A DNA stretch of 64,000 nt, from the NCBI GenBank assembly GCA_964016885.1, contig OZ024765.1:4278001-4342000 (forward strand), written 5' to 3'. The translations under genes and the position numbers were made by a program. The notes below the pieces were generated by a model that worked only from the letters and a program-made list of their open reading frames with translations, was not told the origin of the DNA and searched no databases. Origin of the DNA: Eledone cirrhosa (taxonomy: Eukaryota). Within the stretch, counting starts at the first letter, position 1, and every line of letters starts with the position of its first letter. Positions 54,906 through 64,000 of the stretch are shown piece by piece.

Positions 54906-55142
54906 AGAGAAACTGATGAACAAACAGACGAACAGACAGACAGATGTCTGGAACCAGCTATTATTGGTTGAGTAGGTTCCAGGGGTTGAGGGGGTTGGGG
55001 TGTGGAAGAGTGGGAGAGGTAGATCTGCAAGAATTATCTGCCAATAAACATTATCTGCTATGGTAAAATTTTCAGGGAAGGAAAAAAAAAAAATCAATTT
55101 TCTTTTAGAGTTTTAAAAGTGACATTCAGGAGAGAGGGTATG

Positions 55143-55402
55143 TTATCATCATCACCATCATCACTACCACCACCACCACCATTATCATCATCACCATCAT
55201 CACTACCACCACCACCATTATCATCATCACCATCATCACTACCACCACCACCATTATCATCATCACCATCATCACTACCACCACCATTATCATCATCACC
55301 ATCATCACTACCACCACCACCATTATCATCATCACCATCATCACTACCACCACCACCATTATCATCATCACCATCATCACTACCACCACCACCATTATCA
55401 TC
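55143..55402. repeat. (CAT/CAC)n compound repeat with ~33-bp period
   Basis: Directly visible; abuts a LINE 3' end. Confidence 0.85.
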
Positions 55403-56806
55403 ATATCCAGTGGCCTCAGACGGAATAGACTCAACAATTCATCTCCACGGGGGTCTGTTGTTCATTGCCGTTGCCAAGTCATGGATTTCAATACCAGAAT
55501 CTCTGGAGATGACATCGGGATAGGAGAGCTTGTGTCCCCTGTTATTAGTGACTGCTTGTGGTTTCCAAAGCACTAATGGGGACACAACCTCATAGGTGGC
55601 ACGATGGTAGTGGCCAGCAAATCAGGATAGGAGAGCTTGTGCCCCCTGTTATTAGTGACTGCTTGTGGTTTCCAAGGCACTAATGGGGACACACAGCCTC
55701 ATAGGTGGCACGATGGTAGTGGCCAGCAAATCAGGATAGGAGAGCTTGTGCCCCCTGTTATTAGTGACTGCTTGTGGTTTCCAAGGCACTAATGGGGACA
55801 CAGCCTCATAGGTGGCACGATGGTAGTGGCCAGCAAATCAGGATAGGAGAGCTTGTGCCCCCTGTTATTAGTGACTGCTTGTGGTTTCCAAGGCACTAAT
55901 GGGGACACACAGCCTCATAGGTGGCACGATGGTAGTGGCCAGCAAATCAGGATAGGAGAGCTTGTGTCCCCTGTTATTAGTGACTGCTTGTGGTTTCCAA
56001 GGCACTAATGGGGACACAACCTCATAGGTGGCACGATGGTAGTGGCCAGCAAATCAGGATAGGAGAGCTTGTGTCCCCTGTTATTAGTGACTGCTTGTGG
56101 TTTCCAAAGCACTAATGGGGACACAGCTTCATAGGTGGCACGATGGTAGTGGCCAGCAAATCAGGATAGGAGAGCTTGTGTCCCCTGTTATTAGTGACTG
56201 CTTGTGGTTTCCAAGGCACTAATGGGGACACAACCTCATAGGTGGCACGATGGTAGTGGCCAGCAAATCAGGATAGGAGAGCTTGTGTCCCCTGTTATTA
56301 GTGACTGCTTGTGGTTTCCAAAGCACTAATGGGGACACAGCTTCATAGGTGGCACGATGGTAGTGGCCAGCAAATCAGGATAGGAGAGCTTGTGTCCCCT
56401 GTTATTAGTGACTGCTTGTGGTTTCCAAAGCACTAATGGGGACACAGCTTCATAGGTGGCACGATGGTAGTGGCCAGCAAATCAGGATAGGAGAGCTTGT
56501 GTCCCCTGTTATTAGTGACTGCTTGTGGTTTCCAAGGCACTAATGGGGACACAGCCTCATAGGTGGCACGATGGCAGTGGCCAGCAAATTGGGATAGGAG
56601 AGCTTGTGTCCCCTGTTATTAGTGACTGCTTGTGGTTTCCAAAGCACTAATGGGGACACAGCCTCAGAGGTGGCACGATGGTAGTGGCCAGCAAATCAGG
56701 ATAGGAGAGCTTGTGTCCCCTGTTATTAGTGACTGCTTGTGGTTTCCAAGGCACTAATGGGGACACACAGCCTCATAGGTGGCACGATGGCAGTGGCCAG
56801 TAAATC
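55403..56806 (-). mobile_element. RTE-like LINE 3' end with a 107-109-bp segment amplified 12 times (55518-56806)
   Basis: The minus frame of unit plus flank reads FAGHxHRATYExVSPLVLWKPQAVTNNRGHKLSYPDVISRDSGIEIHDLATAMNNR, homologous to 29900-30140. Confidence 0.85.
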
Positions 56807-56914
56807 TTACTCTCCTTTTATGTACAACAGTATGTTATAATAGTTGTGTAGTTGTCGGAACAAAACTGTAGTAGATATGGTTTTAAATTTCTCTCCATTT
56901 TCTTCACTCTGTAG

Positions 56915-57006
56915 CTAGAATAAGTGGTTTTGTTGAGAGCACAGACGACCAAAGAGAAGAGAATGATGGAGGGTGGATGAATAATATAGTTGAACTGAAG
57001 AAGTAG
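56915..57006 (+). other. Possible terminal exon fragment (RISGFVESTDDQREENDGGWMNNIVELKK*)
   Basis: Strong pyrimidine tract tttctctccattttcttcactctgtag; no recognisable homology. Confidence 0.2.
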
Positions 57007-57138
57007 AGAAATTGCTGAACAGCGATTGGATTGTGGCCAATTTCCTGTCTAAAGGGGGGAAAACCTGTGAAGAGGTAACATATTGGGAGGTGGAAAATAT
57101 TATGAAAAATGTCATACAATCATTCATTACAATCTACT

Positions 57139-57945
57139 ACTGTGGCCAGGCTGGGGCACTGCCTAGAAGGGATTTAGTGAGACTGTGGTCAGGCTGGGGC
57201 ACTGTTTAGAAGGGATTGAATGAGACTGTGGTCAGGCTGGGGCACTGTTTAGAAGGGATTGAATGAGACTGTGGTCAGGCTGGAGCACTGTTTAGAAGGG
57301 ATTGAATGAGACTGTGGTCAGGCTGGGGCACTGTTTAGAAGGGATTGAATGAGACTGTGGTCAGGCTGGGGCACTGTTTAGAAGGGATTGAATGAGACTG
57401 TGGTCAGGCTGGGGCACTGTTTAGAAGGGATTGAATGAGACTGTGGTCAGGCTGGGGCACTGTTTAGAAGGGATTGAATGAGACTGTGGTCAGGCTGGGG
57501 CACTGTTTAGAAGGGATTGAATGAGACTGTGGTCAGGCTGTGGCACTGTTTAGAAGGGATTGAATGAGACTGTGGCCATGCTGGAGCACTGTCTAGAAAG
57601 GATTTAGTCATTAGACTATGGCCATGCTGGGGCACTGTCTTGAAGGGTGTCAGTCATTAGACTGTGGTCATGCTGGGGCACTGCCTTGAAGGGATTTAGT
57701 CATTAGATTGTGGCCATGATGGGGCACTGACTTGTAGGGATTTACTTTTGTATTCTTTTATTGATTTTAGACATTTGACTGTGGCCAGGCTGGGGCAACA
57801 CACTCTCTTTGTCTTTTACTGATTTCAGTCATTAGTCTGTGGCCATGCTGGGGCACTGCCTAGAAGGGAATTAGTCTTGTATTCTTTTACTGTTTTCTGT
57901 CATTAGACTGTTGCCATACTGGGGCACCATCTAGAAAGGAATTTA
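57139..57945. repeat. 43-bp minisatellite (~10 homogeneous plus degenerate copies) from a dispersed-repeat end
   Basis: Unit gactgtggtcaggctggggcactgtttagaagggattgaatga; related single copies at ~26250 and ~40605. Confidence 0.9.
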
Positions 57946-58067
57946 TTAATCTCTGGTACATGGAAAGCATCAGTAAAAGCAAACATGGGATAAAGTAGTC
58001 ATAGATATATCATGTCTGAAATAAATCAGAGACTTCCTAGATGATGAATTATAGGACAAAAACAGAT

Positions 58068-58630
58068 ACAACAACAACTACAATAACAGCATCACTAACA
58101 ACAACTACAACAACAACTGCAATAACAGCATCACCAACAACAACTACAATAACAGCATCAACTACAACTACAACAACTACAATAACAGCATCAACTACAA
58201 CTACAACAACAACAAAAACAGCATCAACTACAACAACCACAACAACAGCACCACCAACAACTACAACAACAATAACAGCATCACCAACAACTACAACTAC
58301 AATAACATCACCAACAACTACAACAACAATAACATCACCAACAACTACAACAACAATAACAGCACCACCAACAACTACAACAACAATAACAGCACCACCA
58401 ACAACTACAACAACAATAACAGCATCAACTACAACAACAACTACAATAACATCACCAACAACTACAACAACAATAACAACTACAACTACAACAACAATAA
58501 CAGCATCACCAACAACAACAACAACAATAACAGCATCACCAACAACTACAACAACAATAACAGCATCACCAACAACTACAACAACAATAACAGCATCACC
58601 AACAACGACAACAACAACAACAATAACAAA
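58068..58630. repeat. (ACA)n-derived compound repeat
   Basis: Directly visible. Confidence 0.9.
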
Positions 58631-58959
58631 ATTGAATGAAGAATACAACCGAAAATATTTTTTCCCTAAACTGGAATTGGTAATAACGAAAGAAAAAAAA
58701 ATATGCCAATATAATAGATTGCCAAGATAGCAAGGGGCCTAGAAAGAGGTCAAAGGGTGGAGATGTCAAAGGTAATATATCCTTTACTATAGAAATATAT
58801 ATTCTTGTTTTTATTTGGAGGTATTGTCAAAACCGTTTTAGTTTTATGATGTGAAATATTTTCACTATTGAAAAATTACAGTTTAACATTCACCTTTTTT
58901 AAAATCTTTTGAGATTTGACTTAATTATCTAGCCTAACTCCAAACGTCCTGTATCACAT

Positions 58960-59556
58960 AAAACCACATTATCAGGACTTTCTTAAAATGAACAAAACAA
59001 CACTATGGTTGCATCATATTAAATATTAAAATCGTTTCAGTAATATTGCAAATTTTTTCAACAATCTGTCCACTAGTAAATATATTGTAAACATTTGAAT
59101 TAACAAACCACATTAGCAGGATATTCTTAGAATGTACAAAATATTTCTATGACTACATCACAATAAAAATTAGTGTCTTTATTTTAATGCTGAACATTTT
59201 CAAAACAATCTGTCCATAAGTAAAGATACTGTAAACATTTGAATTAACAAACCACATGAGACCACGTATGTAAGACATTGTTGAAAAGTACAAAGCAGAA
59301 CTATGACTACATCATATTAAATATTAAAGTCTTTATTCTAATACTGCTCATTTTCACAACAATCTGTCCACTAGTAAAGATACTATAAACATTTAGTACA
59401 AAACAACACTATGACTGCATCACATTAAATATTAAAGTCTTTACTGCCAATTTCTGCAACAATCTGTCCACTAGTAAAGATACTATAAACATTTGAATTA
59501 ACTAACCACATTTGGAAGACATTTTTAAAATATACCAAACAACACAATGACTGCAT
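58960..59556. repeat. Old degenerate tandem repeat, ~100-150-bp period
   Basis: acaatctgtcca..agtaaa recurs near 59061, 59206, 59359 and 59459. Confidence 0.75.
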
Positions 59557-59689
59557 CATCATCAGTATCTTCATCATTGTTGTTGAACGTCTGCTTTCCC
59601 TGCTAGCAAGAGTTGGATGGGTCTACATAGACCAAGTCAGTACAGAAGCAGGGCTACTGATCTCCCAGACAGGCCAGAGATCTGTGTCT

Positions 59690-61010
59690 CATATATGATC
59701 CGTGGTGCCAAATTGAAAGATGAGACCCCTTCGACCATGCTCCACCAGAAGCTGGGTGTGGATGAGATCACTGCTGTCCTTCACACACAACATCTCTGTT
59801 GGTACTGACATGTACAGCAATCCCTGGCACTAGAGATTGTGGTAGTCCAAGGAAGAACTGTGCTCTACCAGATGCTGGGTGTGGATGAGATCACTGCTGT
59901 CCTTCACACACAACATCTCCGTTGGTACTGACATGTACAGCAATCCCTGGCACTAGAGATTGTGGTAGTCCAAGGAAGAACTGTGCTCTACCAGAAGCTG
60001 GGTGTGGATGAGATCACTGCTGTCCTTCACACACAACATCTCCGTTGGTACTGACATGTACAGCAATCCCTGGCACTAGAGATTGTGGTAGTCCAAGGAA
60101 GAACTGTGCTCTACCAGAAGCTGGGTGTGGATGAGATCACTGCTGTCCTTCACACACAACATCTCTGTTGGTACTGACATGTACAGCAATCCCTGGCACT
60201 AGAGATTGTGGTAGTCCAAGGAAGAACTGTGCTCTACCAGAAGCTGGGTGTGGATGAGATCACTGCTGTCCTTCACACACAACATCTCTGTTGGTACTGA
60301 CATGTACAGCAATCCCTGGCACTAGAGATTGTGGTAGTCCAAGGAAGAACTGTGCTCTACCAGAAGCTGGGTGTGGATGAGATCACTGCTGTCCTTCACA
60401 CACAACATCTCCGTTGGTACTGACATGTACAGCAATCCCTGGCACTAGAGATCGTGGTAGTCCAAGGAAGAACTGTGCTCTACCAGAAGCTGGGTGTGGA
60501 TGAGATCACTGCTGTCCTTCACACACAACATCTCCGTTGGTACTGACATGTACAGCAATCCCTGGCACTAGAGATCGTGGTAGTCCAAGGAAGAACTGTG
60601 CTCTACCAGAAGCTGGGTGTGGATGAGATCACTGCTGTCCTTCACACACAACATCTCCATTGGTACTGACATGTACAGCAATCCCTGGCACTAGAGATTG
60701 TGGTAGTCCAAGGAAGAACTGTGCTCTACCAGAAGCTGGGTGTGGATGAGATCACCTCTGTCCTTCACACACAACATCTCCATTGGTACTGACATGTACA
60801 GCAATCCCTGGCACTAGAGATCGTGGTAGTCCAAGGAAGACGTGGTTGGAGTGTGTGAAGAGTGATTTGTATAAATGGAACTTGGCTGATGTCGATACTA
60901 TGGACAGAAACTCATGGAGAGCGGCTGTGAGACATTGCCTGGTGTTGCCTACCTCGGAGTCCAGGGTAACCGCAGCACCCTAGAGACCAAAACTGGATAT
61001 AGATGGATAG
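59690..61010 (+). mobile_element. Dead RTE 3' fragment with a 123-bp segment amplified 9 times (59738-60840)
   Basis: QKLGVDEITAVLHTQHLRWY*HV...IPGTRDRGSPRKTWLECVKSDL...DRNSWR. Confidence 0.85.
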
Positions 61011-61327
61011 AAGGATTCTACTGAGAGCACAGGAGAGGTTGTTGTCTTTCACACAACTGAGGGTCCTCCCAACCCTTTCTTTGGCAAGAATTCTACAGCT
61101 GCATGCTCTGCCAATCACCAACCACTTTACATTGTGTACGTTTATCATGTAGGCTACCAATACTAGAGAGGCTGTCATGTCCTTGACATGAATGAGGGGT
61201 CCTCACAGCTCTTTGTTTAGCAAGCTTTCTATGGCTGGATGCCCTTCTGCAATCACATTAAGATTTAATGTCTTTACTGTAATACTGCAAGTTGTCCTAG
61301 CGACATCAGAATATACATACATATAAT

Positions 61328-61658
61328 GGAGGCACATGGCTTAGTGGTTAGAGCATTGGCCTTGCAATCGAAAGGTTGTGAGTTCAGTTCTCAGACCGGG
61401 TGATGTGTTGTTTCCTTGAGCAAGACACTTTATTTCACATTGCTCCAGTTTACTCAGCTGTAGAAATGAGATGATAGGGACTGGGGTCCACATCATTCCA
61501 CTGTAAAGTGGTCGTGGAGGTGCCACGGCAAAAAAGCACCCAGCACTCACTGTAAATGAGGTTGGTGTTAGGAAGGGCATCCAGCTGTAGAAATCAAGCC
61601 AGAATCAGTTCCCCTCCCACCCTTGCAAGCAGAGAAAAGCGGACGTAAAATGATGATG
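61328..61658 (+). mobile_element. Full-length CORE-type tRNA SINE with RTE-derived 3' end
   Basis: A-box tggcttagtgg, B-box gagttcagttc, CORE-like ccttgagcaagacacttt...ctcagctgtagaaatgag, RTE-B tail. Confidence 0.85.
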
Positions 61659-61992
61659 AAGGGTCAGTTGAAAAGTTCATAAGCTGACTATGATGGAATG
61701 ATGCTAGAGCTATAAAATCTTGTATGCAATAATTTCATCTCTTTTTTATTAATAACTGCATTGTTTCTTTTCAGGGACTATGTTGAAACATAAACAGTTC
61801 TGTGAGAGCAAGACATGGTCACCTGACCTAGCATTGCCCACAACAGGACAACCCGTCTAACCCATGCTAGCGTTGAAGAATGGACGTAAAACGGTGATGA
61901 TGATGAAGACAGGGATATGATGAGAGTGGCCCTTTCTCAGACAGGCCACTCTCACCACATTCACACACTTTTTAGAAATGTACTGGGATAAT

Positions 61993-62262
61993 AATAATTG
62001 TGTCTACTTTTGGCACAAGGCCAGAAATTACCCCAGTGTATTACTGGTACTTTATTTTATCACCCCTGTAATAATTGTTTCTACTTATTATGGGAGCACA
62101 AGGCCAGAAATTACCCAGTGTATTACTGGTACTTTATTTTATCGACCCCGTAAGGATGAAAGGCAAAGTTAACCTCGGTGGGATTTGAACTCAGATTGGA
62201 AAGGGCCGTAACTCTATGCGTCAAAGCATGGTGTCCAACCCTCTACCGATACTGCCAATCCA
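61993..62262 (-). mobile_element. Meta-type SINE with duplicated 3' part
   Basis: gcacaaggccagaaattaccc...ggtactttattttatc occurs twice. Confidence 0.8.
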
Positions 62263-63252
62263 CAGTACACACAAACACACTTGTACATACACACACACAC
62301 TAGTACATACACACACACACACACACCAGTACATACACACACTGGAAACACACACACACACACCAGTACATACACACTAGTACACCCACACACCAGTGCA
62401 CACACACACACGAGTACACACCCACACAGACACCTACACATATACACCCACACACACCCACACACACATACCCCCCCCCCCCCCACACGCTAGGGTAATA
62501 ATAACAATTCTTTAAGTAACAGACATGCAATAAAAAAAATTGACAATTTGTTTTCCCTTTCAATACAATTTGAAAGTAATCATAATTCACAGATTCACAC
62601 ATATATTGTGTGGTGGGGGTATGGGGGATGATGTGTGTGTGTAATGGCGTGGGTGTGTGGGTGGGTGGGTATGGGGGATGATGTGTGTGTGTGTGTGTAA
62701 GGGTGTGGGTGGGTGTGAGGGTTGGTGTTTGTGTGGGTGTGTATGTGTGTGTGGGTGTCTGTGTGTGTGTGTGTGGGTGTATTTGTGTAGGTGTCTGCGT
62801 GGGTGTGTACTAGTGTGTGTGTGCGCGTGCACTGGTGTGTGTGTGTGTACTAGCGTGTATGTACTGGTGTGTGTGTAATGGTGTGTGTGTGTGTGTATGT
62901 GTTTCCAGTGTGTGTATGTACTGGTGTGTGTGTGTGTGTATGTACTAGTGTGTGTGTGTGTGTACTAGTGCGTGTGTATGTACTGGTGTGTGTGTATGTA
63001 CTAGTGCGTGTGTGTATGTACTAGTGCGTGTGTGTATGTACTGGTGTGAGTCTGTGTGTGTGTGTTAGAGACATCAACAGTAGGAGACATGTCTAATTGT
63101 CAGATAACATGAGAGAAATAATGAGTTGAAAGCTCTAACAATTGTCAGCTAAGCTAAATATCAGTGATTCCTTAACTCTATTATCTCACACCATTCACCT
63201 ACTTGTATATTTAGTTTTATAATTTCGTCCTCCGACAGGACACCTTGGAGTC

Positions 63253-63976
63253 TGTGTTGTGTTCTTGAGCAAAACACTTCATTTAATGTCACCCCAGTGG
63301 CGAAGGTGTTATACCAGGTGTGGACAACCATTTTCGAGAAGCGGGATGCAATTTCTGGACTGGGTTGTGTGCTGTGTTCTTGAGCAAAACACTTCATTTA
63401 ATGTCACCCCAGTGGCGAAGGTGTTATACCAGGTGTGGGCAACCATTTTCGAGAAGCGGGATGCAATTTCTGGACTGGGTTGTGTGTTGTGTTCTTGAGC
63501 AAAACACTTCATTTAATGTCACCCCAGTGGCGAAGGTGTTATACCAGGTGTGGGCAACCATTTTCGAGAAGCGGGACGCAATTTCTGGACTGGGTTGTGT
63601 GTTGTGTTCTTGAGCAAAACACTTCATTTAATGTCACCCCAGTGGCGAAGGTGTTATACCAGGTGTGGGCAACCATTTTCGAGAAGCGGGATGCAATTTC
63701 TGGACTGGGTTGTGTGTTGTGTTCTTGAGCAAAACACTTCATTTAATGTCACCCCAGTGGCGAAGGTGTTATACCAGGTGTGGGCAACCATTTTCGAGAA
63801 GCGGGACGCAATTTCTGGACTGGGTTGTGTGTTGTGTTCTTGAGCAAAACATTTCATTTAATGTCACCCCAGTGGTGAAGGTGTTATACCAGGTGTGGGC
63901 AACCATTTTCGAGAAGCGGGATGCAATTTCTGGACTGAGTTGTGTGTTGTGTTCTTTAGCAAAACACTTCATTTAA
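63253..63976. repeat. 115-bp minisatellite (~6.3 copies) containing SINE CORE-start sequence
   Basis: Unit includes caatttctggactggg...gttgtgttcttgagcaaaacacttcattt. Confidence 0.9.
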
Positions 63977-64000
63977 CCCTTTAGCATTTAAACCGGCCAT
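63973..64000. mobile_element. Start of a TTAA-flanked MITE (same family as 25145-25588)
   Basis: ttaaccctttagcatttaaaccggccat is the reverse complement of 25561-25588 with one mismatch. Confidence 0.7.

Noticed and set aside
58041-58730. Mucin-like Thr-rich ORF (also the Glu-, Ser-, Pro- and His-rich ORFs at 3212-4212 and 13754-15883)
   Set aside because: They are trinucleotide-repeat translations with no splice or domain support.
61328-61400. tRNA gene
   Set aside because: It has A/B boxes only and continues into SINE body, so it is a SINE head.
61921-61954. Small hairpins (also 2963-2982 and 47872-47913)
   Set aside because: They have short arms, are single-copy and show no associated motif.
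55518-63976. Regular arrays as CRISPR or retrozyme arrays
   Set aside because: The context is eukaryotic, there are no unique spacers or cas genes, the units derive from LINE/SINE sequence, and I found no CUGANGA/GAAA core in them.

Overview
This is an AT-rich, repeat-saturated animal genomic window, probably intronic or intergenic. The mix of CORE- and Meta-type tRNA SINEs, RTE LINEs and very long (TA)n/(CA)n tracts is most consistent with an octopod cephalopod (inference). The only long intact gene is a 1039-aa RTE-clade LINE ORF (42470-45589, minus). It encodes an APE endonuclease and an RT with a C4HC3 PHD-type finger inserted in it, and it has a 98-bp tandem monomer array at its 5' end and a near-identical 5'-truncated copy at 4990-6304. 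Nearly all other ORFs in the track are microsatellite artefacts. The most notable signal is a set of short fold-back elements sitting in (TA)n tracts, from at least 5 sequence-dissimilar families. Several carry type I hammerhead-ribozyme cores, as Penelope-like pseudo-LTR remnants do. Four families also share a covarying bulged hairpin (RCTC-stem/loop-TY-GAGY-NCT) placed just past the end of the inverted arm. Many minisatellite arrays were clearly amplified from pieces of adjacent TEs. Two well-formed minus-strand exons suggest a host transcript, and one looks like a recursive-splicing exon. No host protein gene could be identified.
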